DNA of 32,000 nucleotides from Thiotrichales bacterium 19S3-11 (GTDB lineage: Bacteria > Pseudomonadota > Gammaproteobacteria > Francisellales > Francisellaceae), in NCBI GenBank assembly GCA_021713295.1, contig JAKJJU010000022.1, positions 13,401-45,400 on the forward strand. Reading direction: 5' to 3'. A program made the translations under genes and the position numbers. The notes beneath the pieces are model-generated. The model was not told where the DNA came from. It was given only the letters and a program-made list of their open reading frames with translations, and did no database searches. Below, in pieces: positions 10,699-20,199 of the stretch. How positions within the stretch are numbered: position 1 is the stretch's first letter; each line of letters starts with the position of its first letter.

Positions 10699-11274
10699 AT
10701 GAGATTTTTATTTAGTTTTGCCGATTTGTCCAAAATCTTTAGAGTCATAAGTTTTATGCTTGTAATTTTAAGTTTAAGTCACATTAGCGTTGCGTCAATT
10801 TCAATGACAGAAATACAAGCGCAGACAGATAAAGCCTTATCACAAAGTGAAGTTAAAAAAACACCGAACGTTACACCGCAAGCATCAAAAGCTAAGGTAG
10901 TATCAGCACCTCAAGCATCAAGTTTAATCGGTCAGTTAGCATCCAATGGCTATGCACTAATCTACTTTTTTGATTCAAAGTGTCCGCATTGTCAACGTTT
11001 TTCGCCGATTGTTAAAGATGTTGCAATGACTTACGGCTTTAAGGTCTATGACTTTAGCTTTGATAATCAAGGTTTGGCATCTTTTGAGCATCCTGCACCC
11101 GTCAATAAAGCAATCTATCAAGCTTATTACGGCAATATTGCACCATTTTATCCTGTCTTAATTTTACAGAATGTTAACGATATGAGTTTTTATGTTTTAT
11201 CAAAAGGTGAAATGCCCAAAGGTTTACTTATCCAGCAGTTAGAAACGTATGCTAAGGAGCTTATTAATGCTTAG
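10699..11274 (+). CDS. trbB: TrbB, periplasmic thiol:disulfide isomerase (DsbC-like)
   Basis: The start is moved to the ATG at 10699, 1 nt after the traF stop. Hydrophobic signal/anchor segment and a thioredoxin motif CPHC (FFDSKCPHCQRF). Confidence 0.8.
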   Translation: MRFLFSFADLSKIFRVISFMLVILSLSHISVASISMTEIQAQTDKALSQSEVKKTPNVTPQASKAKVVSAPQASSLIGQLASNGYALIYFFDSKCPHCQRFSPIVKDVAMTYGFKVYDFSFDNQGLASFEHPAPVNKAIYQAYYGNIAPFYPVLILQNVNDMSFYVLSKGEMPKGLLIQQLETYAKELINA

Positions 11275-12673
11275 AAAACTTATATCAAGTACAACATTGA
11301 TGCTGCTATCATCATTAAGTTTTAGTGCTTCATTATCGGATGACTTAAATAGTTACGCCAATGATATTGGTTATGCCAATGTAACAGGTGCAAGTGCTTC
11401 TATGATGCAAGAGGGCGGTTATTTAACTGCTGGTAGTGGTTATCTTGCAACAGGCGTTAAAAACTTACAGCTAGCGCATGTTCAAATGCCGAATATTACA
11501 GCAGGTTGTGGTGGAATTGATTGGACGTTTGGCGGTTTAAGCTTCATAAGCTCCGATCAATTGACTCAATTTGCTCAAGCAATCATTCAAAATGCTGCGC
11601 CTTATACGGTTGATTTAGCCTTACAGACATGGGCGCCTCAAATTAAATCAGCCAAAGATAAATTTGTTTCTATCGCCAATGAAATTAACAATACTAATAT
11701 TTCTTCTTGTCAGGCAGCACAGTTAGCCGTTGGTGGTGTTGCTGGCTGGTTTGCCGATGATGAGCAAAAGAAATTCATTTGTCAGTCTTACAAATCTCAA
11801 AATAATAAAGCATCAGGTTGGCTATCAGAGCAACAAGGTTGTTCATCAGGTGATGCTGACAGTGCCAATGAGTCTGCAAAGAAAGATTCAAATTTAAAAG
11901 ATATGGTCAAAGCTAACCGCAATATTGTTTGGTATCAATTTATGCAAAATAGCTTTTTAGCGGATAATCCTGAAATTGCAGAATACTTAATGTCAATGAC
12001 AGGTTCAGTGATTTATCCAGCTAAAAGCGGTGATACGGTTGCACCACTTAAATTATCACCGTTAATTGTTGATAGTAATACGGCTGGCTTCAAAGAATTA
12101 CTTTATGGAACAACGGATAAAACAGACGTACAAGTCTATGAATGTGACAGTCACGATGCAGAAGGCTGTAAGAATCCTAAGATTGTAAAACTTAAAATTG
12201 ATCAATCAAAAGCAATGGTTAAAAAGGTTCAAGTACTCCTTGAAGATATCGGTACAAAGTTTAGTAATGATGAAGCTATGACCGATGAAGAATCCAATCT
12301 TTTAGATTCGGTTGATTTTCCGATTGGTGCAATCCTTCAAAATGAAATTAGAGCGGGCTGGCCACCTCAATATCCGCAATATGCTGATATTATAAGCCGT
12401 GTCGTTCTAGCTAATTATATCAGTCAAATTTTAATCTCTGCCCGTACAGCAATTGCAAAAAATAAAGCTGCAAGCACCGATGAAGACTTCAAAAGCATTG
12501 TTAAAAACTTAGAGAATGCACAGACAATCATTTTAAATAATTATCAAACTCGTGCTTATGATGCTTTAAAGCAACGATCAGATTTAGTGATGCGCTCAAT
12601 TGAAGTTCAAAACTTAGTTGTTGGTGGCTTATCGTCACAGACAAAAGATAACTATAGCTTTCAAGGAATCTAA
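11267..12673 (+). CDS. traH: TraH, periplasmic pilus-assembly protein
   Basis: The start is moved to the ATG at 11267, 7 nt after AAGGAG (11254-11259). Signal peptide present. ANVTGA...AGCGGIDWTFGGLSFIS...NAAPYTVDLAL matches the conserved TraH N-terminal block. Confidence 0.9.
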   Translation: MLRKLISSTTLMLLSSLSFSASLSDDLNSYANDIGYANVTGASASMMQEGGYLTAGSGYLATGVKNLQLAHVQMPNITAGCGGIDWTFGGLSFISSDQLTQFAQAIIQNAAPYTVDLALQTWAPQIKSAKDKFVSIANEINNTNISSCQAAQLAVGGVAGWFADDEQKKFICQSYKSQNNKASGWLSEQQGCSSGDADSANESAKKDSNLKDMVKANRNIVWYQFMQNSFLADNPEIAEYLMSMTGSVIYPAKSGDTVAPLKLSPLIVDSNTAGFKELLYGTTDKTDVQVYECDSHDAEGCKNPKIVKLKIDQSKAMVKKVQVLLEDIGTKFSNDEAMTDEESNLLDSVDFPIGAILQNEIRAGWPPQYPQYADIISRVVLANYISQILISARTAIAKNKAASTDEDFKSIVKNLENAQTIILNNYQTRAYDALKQRSDLVMRSIEVQNLVVGGLSSQTKDNYSFQGI

Positions 12674-12675
12674 TT

Positions 12676-15492
12676 ATGTATGAGATTTGGGTAACCTCAC
12701 AAGCTGCGATTATGAAACATGTACTTGATGGTATTGCTGCTTTTTTTAATCGAGATGGTGGCTCATTAATGTTGTATGTGTCATCGGTCTTTGGCTTTTT
12801 AATTCTCATTGGTCGTTACATTATGAAGCCAAGTATTAAAGAGGTAATGATTTGGTTATCAATCTTAATGATCTTGCCTTTTGCTATGATTCAGTACAAA
12901 GATACAGCAAGAATCTATGATACGACTGACCCATTAGATATTTATACCGTTGATCACATACCATTTGGTTTGTTATTTCCGCTATCGATTATCACAAGCA
13001 CAATGCATTCAGTTATCAATACTGCCGAAGATGCACTTCATCAACCAAATGACCCAACCTATACAAAGACAGGGATGGTTTATGCCTCAAAATTATTTGA
13101 TGAAATGAAGTCATTAAAACCATCGGCTGCCTTATCTTCTGCGTGGTCAGAATTTATTTATCAATGTATCGACCCGAATGTGCGTGTTCGTAATCGTTAC
13201 ACCTATGATGATTTATTTAACGCGCCTGATATGATGACATTTTTGAAAGATCACACGCAAGATGGCTTTAATCGTGTGCATATTCCTTGGTTAGGGTCGC
13301 CAAGTTCAGAAACTTCGTGGCCTCGCTGCTTAACGGCATTAAATGCGATCGATGCTAAATATCAAAGTGAATTACCTCAATTTTATACAACGATGGGCGC
13401 ATATGACCCACTAAATAAAGTTAAAACATCAGTAGAAATTCAAAACGATATTAACGGTGTTTATGGATATTTCCTTGGTATTTCATCATCAGCACAAGAA
13501 AACATGATGCAAAACTTAATGATTAATGCCACTAAAAATGGCTTTAAAGATATTGCATCAAAGCATAATCAAACGGCTGCTGCATTTAATTATGCTTATA
13601 CACAAAATGAAATGTCCTCAATGGCTTCATGGGTGACAATTGGCATGATGGCAACGGAATATATACCAATGCTGCAAACGATCGTATTAATGATTCTTTG
13701 CTGTGCCTTTATTCCGATTACTTACCTTGCACTCATTCCAAGTTATACGATGCGCATATTAATTAAATACATTGAAAGTATCATTTGGGTAACAAGTTGG
13801 GGCTTATTTTATGTGTTTATCAACTTCATTATGACAAGTTTTATGAGCTATAGCGTTGATTCTTTTGTGGGTCAATGGCATGGCATTACGATGTCAAATT
13901 TAGATGCAACATCAGGTTTAATGTCTAAATATGCAGCATTAACAGGCTATTTTTTGATGTTTACACCTTATTTAGCAAGGTTAGTTGTATTAGGCGCAGC
14001 GAATACATTTAGTGGTTTAACGACTTCCTTACAATCAAATATTGCAGGTAATGCAGCAACAGGCTCACGAGTAGTCGCAACAGGTGATGTTCAAATAGGC
14101 AATACGAATGTTGCCAATCATAGTGCTAATAATGCTCATTTCAACAAGCAAGATTTTGATCATAACTTACGTTATGGTAATGAATCGATGTCAACGTTAA
14201 ACGGTGGTATGCAATCAGTCGATGCTCAAGGTAATCAATATCACGATAACCGTGTCTCTGGTTTGGCAACGCATCTTAGTCAATCAGAGGCAGTGGCACG
14301 AGGCTTTCAAAGAAGCATTGCCGAACATGAAAATAACGCATTTTCAGCAAATCAAAATGCGCAGCAATCTTGGAATGCAGCCTTAAATACACTATCAGGC
14401 GTTAATGAAAACGAAGCAATCAGAGCAAACTTACAAGCAAGTCATGGCACTAGTAATAGTATGAATACCGATCAAGCTTATGCAACGATGGTTGATTTGG
14501 CGCATCGTTATGGGAAAGACAAGAACGAATCTTTTAGCCATGGTCATACAACTAATGAAGGCATAAAAGGAAATATAGGAACTAGTAAAATTCCATTTTT
14601 AAGGATGTTAGGTGGTATTGACGCTCATGCTGGTATTGATTTTAATCAAAACTGGTCAAGCAGTAGTAGCAGTAGTAGCGGTATGTCAGTTCAAGATCAA
14701 GAAAACTATCGCAAAGCTCAATCCGTACTACAGAGTTCAACAAGATCAGAAATAGCATCAGCAGAAAAGCATTTAGGCGTTGATAAAAATCATTCTATTC
14801 AATCAAGCTTATCTGAAACGAAATCTTATTCTGAAACGGCAGCAAGAGAGCATCGCTTAGCTTTAGATGATCAAAAGGCAGCTAACTATGCGCAAAATGA
14901 AGGCGCATCTGTTCAATATAATGATATTCCTCAATTTGAATCTTGGTTAGCAAATAAAATAGGTGCAGTTGAAGCGAACAATTATCTTAATAGTCCTCAA
15001 TTACAAGGGAGTAGTGAATTTAAAGGCTATGTTAATCAATATGAGTCGATGGCATCAGAGAAATTTAAATCTGAATATGTGGCTAACCAAACAGGCATCA
15101 AAGATCAGTCAATGACTGATATTAATGCACAAGGCAATCAACAATTATCACAGGCTAGGGCATCTATAACAGAGCAAAATGCACAAAATAATAAAGTAGT
15201 TGATCAAAGCCATAAAGCAGATAAAGCTCAATTTACAAATAAAGTTCAACAATCACCTTACGGTAATCCATCATTCAACCCTGATAAGCCAGCAACCTTT
15301 AATCAGCAGAAGGTGATACCACCTAAGATGATTGTATCGGTTGATGAGCATGGCAAACGCTTAACAAAACAAACCGATGCTATTAGAGCAGAAGTAAAAG
15401 ATGAGGTCGGTACAAGTGAAAAATCTAAATTACAGCCAAGCGATAAATCAATATTAGAAGATTATCAAAAAACAAAAATGATGTTTATGTAG
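12676..15492 (+). CDS. traG: TraG, polytopic membrane protein for pilus assembly, mating-pair stabilisation and exclusion specificity
   Basis: 938 aa (as I recall, comparable in size to F TraG). Multi-TM N-terminal half and an N/Q/S-rich C-terminal half. Follows traH. Confidence 0.9.
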   Translation: MYEIWVTSQAAIMKHVLDGIAAFFNRDGGSLMLYVSSVFGFLILIGRYIMKPSIKEVMIWLSILMILPFAMIQYKDTARIYDTTDPLDIYTVDHIPFGLLFPLSIITSTMHSVINTAEDALHQPNDPTYTKTGMVYASKLFDEMKSLKPSAALSSAWSEFIYQCIDPNVRVRNRYTYDDLFNAPDMMTFLKDHTQDGFNRVHIPWLGSPSSETSWPRCLTALNAIDAKYQSELPQFYTTMGAYDPLNKVKTSVEIQNDINGVYGYFLGISSSAQENMMQNLMINATKNGFKDIASKHNQTAAAFNYAYTQNEMSSMASWVTIGMMATEYIPMLQTIVLMILCCAFIPITYLALIPSYTMRILIKYIESIIWVTSWGLFYVFINFIMTSFMSYSVDSFVGQWHGITMSNLDATSGLMSKYAALTGYFLMFTPYLARLVVLGAANTFSGLTTSLQSNIAGNAATGSRVVATGDVQIGNTNVANHSANNAHFNKQDFDHNLRYGNESMSTLNGGMQSVDAQGNQYHDNRVSGLATHLSQSEAVARGFQRSIAEHENNAFSANQNAQQSWNAALNTLSGVNENEAIRANLQASHGTSNSMNTDQAYATMVDLAHRYGKDKNESFSHGHTTNEGIKGNIGTSKIPFLRMLGGIDAHAGIDFNQNWSSSSSSSSGMSVQDQENYRKAQSVLQSSTRSEIASAEKHLGVDKNHSIQSSLSETKSYSETAAREHRLALDDQKAANYAQNEGASVQYNDIPQFESWLANKIGAVEANNYLNSPQLQGSSEFKGYVNQYESMASEKFKSEYVANQTGIKDQSMTDINAQGNQQLSQARASITEQNAQNNKVVDQSHKADKAQFTNKVQQSPYGNPSFNPDKPATFNQQKVIPPKMIVSVDEHGKRLTKQTDAIRAEVKDEVGTSEKSKLQPSDKSILEDYQKTKMMFM

Positions 15493-15518
15493 GATAAAGC
15501 AATGGAAAAATTTATATT

Positions 15519-15932
15519 TTATTGGAATGTAAAGTGTTTAGATAAATATTGTTTAATTATTGGCATTCCAGTTTTGTATGCGCATAAGTATCCAATTGCA
15601 GTACTAATAGGAATCATTACAAAAGGGGCAAAAAAACCAGCTGGAGGCCATCCAGATTTAGCCATATCATCAAAATTTGCATTTGCCATTGAAATAAAAC
15701 AAATAATAAAACTTAGAATTGAAAAAATAATACAAAAAAGAAACAACATAGCCCAACGCTTCTGCTCATCGGTAATAACAAGCTTATCTTCTTCATCTTT
15801 GACGATTTTAACCTCGGTGGCACATTTAGTACTTATCTTGTCACTTTCTTTCATAAAATCAGCTATTTTATGCGCTAATTCAGGGTCAGTTTCAGCAATT
15901 TTTAATAATCGTTCAGTTTGGCTATTTTCCAT
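15519..15932 (-). CDS. Hypothetical two-TM membrane protein encoded antisense to the operon at the traS (entry exclusion) position
   Basis: The minus-strand ORF has host-like codon usage (tta, aaa, gaa, att). It has an AAGGA RBS 8 nt before the ATG at 15932 (MENSQTERLLKIAE...). N-terminal helical soluble part, then two TM helices. It is fully overlapped by a + strand ORF (15502-16026), so the call is uncertain. Confidence 0.45.
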   Translation of the reverse strand: MENSQTERLLKIAETDPELAHKIADFMKESDKISTKCATEVKIVKDEEDKLVITDEQKRWAMLFLFCIIFSILSFIICFISMANANFDDMAKSGWPPAGFFAPFVMIPISTAIGYLCAYKTGMPIIKQYLSKHFTFQ

Positions 15933-16055
15933 CGCATTTATCCTTTTCATTTCAAGAACTAACTTGATGCGAATTATAACACAGATTGATCAAAATATCT
16001 ACAAAAACACTTATTTGGTTCATTAATTTCATTAACAACAAGGAGCATTTTAATA

Positions 16056-16808
16056 ATGAAAAAACATATCAAAACAATCACATTAACTAGCATTATGGTT
16101 TCAACCGTTGGTTTAAGTGGCTGTAGCGCAATAAGTACCGAAATGAAGCATCACAGTTTGCAAACTGACTCTAAGATGTCGAATACCATATTTTTAGATC
16201 CTGTGCCTGATAATGAAAAGGTTGTTTATGTTCAAGTTAAGAATACGTCAACACAGAAAATGCCTGATTTGAAAAAGGCTATTTCAGAAAAATTAACTGC
16301 TTCGGGTTGGACTGTGACAAATGATGTTTCAAAAGCATATGATCTCTTACAAGTTAATGTGCTACAAGTTGGTAAGGCGCAAGATCAACAAGCTGTTTGG
16401 CAGACAATGCAAAAAGGTTATGGTGCTTTAGCATTAGGTGGCTTAGCTGGTGTTGCTGGTGGTTATATGACAAATAGTGTTGCTGCTGGTGTTGGTATTG
16501 GCTCGGTTGCAGCTTTAGGTTCATGGGTCGCTGATTCACTCGTTGAAGATGTTACCTACTCTATGATTACGGATGTGCAAGTTTCTGTTCGTAGCAAAGA
16601 TGCTAAAGTTACACAAGTGACTAACTCTAACCTTGCTCAAGGTAGCCAATCACAGACAAAACAAGTCGTAGAGCAAAAGACTGATTGGATAAGATATCGT
16701 ACACGGATTGCCTCATTAGCTGATCAAGTCAATTTAGACTTTGAAGATGCTGCACCTAAATTAGTTCAAGAGACATCAAAAGAAATAGCTGGAATTTTAG
16801 TAGGTTAA
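16056..16808 (+). CDS. traT: TraT, outer-membrane lipoprotein for surface exclusion / serum resistance
   Basis: Lipobox VGLSGC. Co-linear similarity to remembered F TraT throughout: MSNTIFLDP vs MSETIWLEP, VQVKNTS vs LQIKNTS, VEDVTYSMITDVQV vs VEDVNYTMITDVQI, NKVNLKFEEAKP vs DQVNLDFEDAAP. AAGGAG RBS at 16040-16045. Confidence 0.92.
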   Translation: MKKHIKTITLTSIMVSTVGLSGCSAISTEMKHHSLQTDSKMSNTIFLDPVPDNEKVVYVQVKNTSTQKMPDLKKAISEKLTASGWTVTNDVSKAYDLLQVNVLQVGKAQDQQAVWQTMQKGYGALALGGLAGVAGGYMTNSVAAGVGIGSVAALGSWVADSLVEDVTYSMITDVQVSVRSKDAKVTQVTNSNLAQGSQSQTKQVVEQKTDWIRYRTRIASLADQVNLDFEDAAPKLVQETSKEIAGILVG

Positions 16809-16856
16809 GGAGTTTTTAATATGCATATAACTAAAGAATTAAAAAGGTGACAACTA

Positions 16857-17936
16857 ATGACTAGGCTATTTATTATTTGTATTACTTTTTTTTGTATAAG
16901 TTCACTTAGCTATTCGATGAATAAAGAAGACTATATCCATACTTATAATTGTTCTATTAATTTAGCAAAAAAAGGTGATACGAACGCACAATATAATTTA
17001 GGTTATCTTTATGAACATGGGTTAGGTGTCAAAGGAAATTATCAAAAAGCAATCTATTGGTATAGAACTTCAATTAAAGGTGGTAATAATACAGCATTAT
17101 TTAATTTAGCGCGTATGTATGAGCATGGATTAGGCGTTAGAGAAGATCATCAAAAAGCATTTCAGTTATACTTAAAATCTGCAAAATTAGGTTATGCTAA
17201 TTCTCAATTGCTTTTAGGTTCAATGTACTTTTTAGGCAAAGGCATTAATAAAAATTATGAAAAGGCATATTTCTGGTATGAAAAAGCTGCTCATCAAAAT
17301 AATATTTTAGCGCAGCGGAATCTAGGTCTTTTATATTTAGATGGTATTGGTGTTAAAAAAGATGATCAGAAAGCTAAGCATTGGTTAGAGTTAGCCTATA
17401 AAAATGGTGATGTTGAATCTAAACGCATATATGAATCTGACAAAAAAATTAAATCATATGGTAAATATATTGGTTATTTTGTTGCTGGTTTGCTTGTAGT
17501 TTCTTATATTTTATTATTAATTTTCTTATTTCGTCTTGGTCGATCAATTAAAGATAAGCGACTTAAAAATTGGTTTGTTTGGTTAAGCTTAGTTCCAGTT
17601 ATTAGTATAATATTTTATTTATTATTTATTTTTAAACTAAGGTCGGTGTTAAAGTCTATTTGTTTAGACAAAGATACAACATGCTTTAAACAAATCAAAT
17701 CATTTAATCAATACATTATAATACACTTATGCTTTATGATTTCTTTAGCTATCTCTACTTGGTTATTTATTTTTGTAGATGGTATCAGTCCTAATAGTCG
17801 TTATTTAGCAATTGTCTTACTATCAGTTCATTGCTTTTTTTATTTAGTAGTCCTAATTTTAACCGTCATTGTTATTGTGAAATCAATACGTTTGAGAAGA
17901 GAAATTTTAAAAATAGGAGCGAGGCAATCAAAATGA
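16857..17936 (+). CDS. Sel1-repeat (SLR/TPR-like) protein with signal peptide and C-terminal four-TM domain
   Basis: Five tandem repeats of the Sel1 signature (A.YNLG.LYE.G.GV..N..KA..WY...A..G). N-terminal hydrophobic signal. Four hydrophobic helices after about residue 205. Not a canonical F tra gene. Confidence 0.8.
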   Translation: MTRLFIICITFFCISSLSYSMNKEDYIHTYNCSINLAKKGDTNAQYNLGYLYEHGLGVKGNYQKAIYWYRTSIKGGNNTALFNLARMYEHGLGVREDHQKAFQLYLKSAKLGYANSQLLLGSMYFLGKGINKNYEKAYFWYEKAAHQNNILAQRNLGLLYLDGIGVKKDDQKAKHWLELAYKNGDVESKRIYESDKKIKSYGKYIGYFVAGLLVVSYILLLIFLFRLGRSIKDKRLKNWFVWLSLVPVISIIFYLLFIFKLRSVLKSICLDKDTTCFKQIKSFNQYIIIHLCFMISLAISTWLFIFVDGISPNSRYLAIVLLSVHCFFYLVVLILTVIVIVKSIRLRREILKIGARQSK

Positions 17937-18112
17937 AAACTAAATTAAACACAAAAGGTTTTTCAAAAAAAGTGTATAGCAAAGATGAAGTTAAAGCGAT
18001 TCTTGATTCGTTGGATACACGCTTTTTCTTTCGCTCACCATCTAAATTAAAAGAGCCAACGCAATCTAAAAATGATGAGGTTAATAAGCATCAAAGTAAG
18101 GTGAAGTCATGA
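17933..18112 (+). CDS. Hypothetical 59-aa basic protein, translationally coupled between the Sel1 gene and traD
   Basis: The ATG at 17933 overlaps the Sel1-gene stop (ATGA) and follows AGGAGCGAGG. Its own stop overlaps the traD ATG (ATGA at 18109-18112). No recognisable domain. Confidence 0.4.
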   Translation: MKTKLNTKGFSKKVYSKDEVKAILDSLDTRFFFRSPSKLKEPTQSKNDEVNKHQSKVKS

Positions 18113-20061
18113 GCGATAAAACAAAATCATTTATACGAGGCGGTCAGCTATTTTTGTATAAATCAAGAATGTTTGTTCAAGTCAGTAAGCGTATTGGAAA
18201 GTGGGCGATTTTAATTTATTTGTTATTGGTCTTATTTTTAATTGCTTATTTGACAGGCTTTAATGATCTAAGAATCATGAGCGTTCAAGTTTACTCAACT
18301 TTATTAAACAGTGTGGGCTTAGGTGCAACACATATTTGGACAAGTCCTGAAAATCCAGCCTTAAGTTTTAATGCACATGATATTGCAACGAATTCAATCG
18401 ATCAATCTTATGCATGGGATGCATGGGGCAGATTTAAAATGCATCTGATTTGGTCATTGATCTTTGGCGGTGTCATCTACCTTATCGTTATACAGTTATT
18501 TATGAACTTCTTTGTTAAGGTTGGTAATAAGCACAGTAAAGATCAATTAATTTCAGGTACACGATTAGCAGTTAACATTAAAGAGACGATTAAATCAGTG
18601 AAACGTTCAAAAAATGGCGCAAGTGATTTAAAAATTGCTAATGTTTTACCAATTCCTAAATTATCTGAGTTTCAAGGATTTCTTTATCATGGTTCGACAG
18701 GTTCAGGTAAATCACAAGCGATTATGAGATTTTTAGATGAAATTAAACGTTCAGGTGATGCAGCAATTATCTACGATAAGGAGTGTACTTTAAAGCCGTT
18801 CTTCTTTGATTGTGAAAAAGACATTGAATTAAACCCATTATCGACACTATGTGCTAATTGGGATATTTGGCAAGAATGCGAAACACCAATAGAAATGGGT
18901 GCTTTGGCAACGTATTTGATGCCTAAATCAATTCAAGGCAGTGACCCTTTTTGGGTGGATGCTGCGCGTACCATTTTCACAAGTGTTGCATGGGAAATGA
19001 GACATCAAAAAGATCGTTCATTGATTAAGTTATTGCAAACGCTTTTAACAACCACATTAGATGAAATGCGTAACGTTTTAAAGGGGACAGAATGTGAAAA
19101 CTTAGTGAATGAAAACATTGAAAAAACTGCCATTTCAATTAGAGCAGTTATATCAACGTATACGAAAGCTTTACGATTTATGGAAGGCTTAAATAAAGAT
19201 GAAACTAAAAAGCCTTTTGCCATTAAGAATTGGGTTAAGTCACAATTTGAATCAGAAGAAGCCAAAAGATCATGGTTATTTATTACTTCACGCGCCAATA
19301 TTCACGGTGAGATTAAGCCTTTAATTTCAGCATGGATTGGTATGGCAATGAAAGGGATACAAAGCTTACCTGTTAATAATAAGCGTAGGTTTTGGGTCAT
19401 TATTGATGAGATGGCAAGCTTAAATCGTTTAGAGGATTTTTCAGATATTGCAGCAGACATTCGTAAATTTGGTGGTTGTATTGCTATTGGGATTCAATCG
19501 ATTAGTCAGTTAGATAATCTCTATGGTCGAGATGAAGCAATGGCAATTATTGATCTACTCAATACTGTCATGTACTCAAGATCACCCAAACAAAAAATTG
19601 CTGATTGGGTATCACATGATTTAGGCGAACAGATCATTGAAGAGGTTAGAGAAAGCCAATCATACGGACCGAATGCCATTCGTGATGGCAATACCATTTC
19701 ACGTCAACGAGTGACAAGGCGTACTGTTGATGCTGGCACAATCATGCAATTAGAAGATTTAGAGTTCTTTGTACGTTTAGTTGGCAATCATCCGATTACT
19801 CGTTTGAAACTAGATTATGTATCAAACCGTAAGGTGTTATTAGAGCAAGCATTAGTTGAAAGAGCGATTGATTGGGATGCGATCAAAAAGATTGAGCTTA
19901 AGGCAGAAGAAATTGAAGCTCACCCTGACTGTGATAAATCAATTAAAGATGAGCAATTATCAGGTGATGAAAATAATTACAATCAATCTTCTAATGAAAA
20001 AATACACAATCAAGATGAGTCTGCGATTGTAGCATCAAATAATGAAAAAACGCGAATGTAA
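18109..20061 (+). CDS. traD: TraD, type IV coupling protein (VirD4/FtsK-like ATPase)
   Basis: 650 aa with two N-terminal TM helices, Walker A GSTGSGKSQ and Walker B VIIDEM. Located directly upstream of the relaxase gene. Confidence 0.92.
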   Translation: MSDKTKSFIRGGQLFLYKSRMFVQVSKRIGKWAILIYLLLVLFLIAYLTGFNDLRIMSVQVYSTLLNSVGLGATHIWTSPENPALSFNAHDIATNSIDQSYAWDAWGRFKMHLIWSLIFGGVIYLIVIQLFMNFFVKVGNKHSKDQLISGTRLAVNIKETIKSVKRSKNGASDLKIANVLPIPKLSEFQGFLYHGSTGSGKSQAIMRFLDEIKRSGDAAIIYDKECTLKPFFFDCEKDIELNPLSTLCANWDIWQECETPIEMGALATYLMPKSIQGSDPFWVDAARTIFTSVAWEMRHQKDRSLIKLLQTLLTTTLDEMRNVLKGTECENLVNENIEKTAISIRAVISTYTKALRFMEGLNKDETKKPFAIKNWVKSQFESEEAKRSWLFITSRANIHGEIKPLISAWIGMAMKGIQSLPVNNKRRFWVIIDEMASLNRLEDFSDIAADIRKFGGCIAIGIQSISQLDNLYGRDEAMAIIDLLNTVMYSRSPKQKIADWVSHDLGEQIIEEVRESQSYGPNAIRDGNTISRQRVTRRTVDAGTIMQLEDLEFFVRLVGNHPITRLKLDYVSNRKVLLEQALVERAIDWDAIKKIELKAEEIEAHPDCDKSIKDEQLSGDENNYNQSSNEKIHNQDESAIVASNNEKTRM

Positions 20062-20177
20062 TCTTAAGGGGTATTTTTTTTGAAAATGAGTAGTAAAAAT
20101 TTACCTCCATAAATGAGCAATATGAGTTTTTCTCAATCGTGCTAATGCAATTGTTCATTTAAATTAACTCGTTGAAA

Positions 20178-20199
20178 TATGGCTATTTAAATAGCCATA
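20178..20199. repeat. Perfect 22-bp palindrome TATGGCTATTT/AAATAGCCATA in the traD-traI spacer
   Basis: Read directly. Lies 42 nt upstream of the traI ATG and is not followed by a T-tract. Probable protein-binding site or RNA structure. Confidence 0.6.

Noticed and set aside
14659-14679. (AGCAGTAGT)x2+AGC serine-codon microsatellite in traG as a phase-variation tract
   Set aside because: There are only two and a bit in-frame 9-nt units encoding SSSSSSS in a disordered region. This is too short, and being in-frame it cannot act as an on/off switch.
15502-16026. + strand 174-aa ORF as the annotated traS gene
   Set aside because: Not listed as a feature. Its Ser/Leu/Ile-rich composition and many ATA codons look like the shadow of the minus-strand ORF. 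Its RBS and operon position are good, however, so it is kept as an open question in the findings rather than fully dismissed.
20178-20199. 22-bp palindrome as the traD terminator or as oriT
   Set aside because: It is not followed by a T-tract and has an AT-rich stem, so it is a poor intrinsic terminator. No F-like nic sequence lies nearby, whereas a near-consensus nic core exists at 27616-27637.
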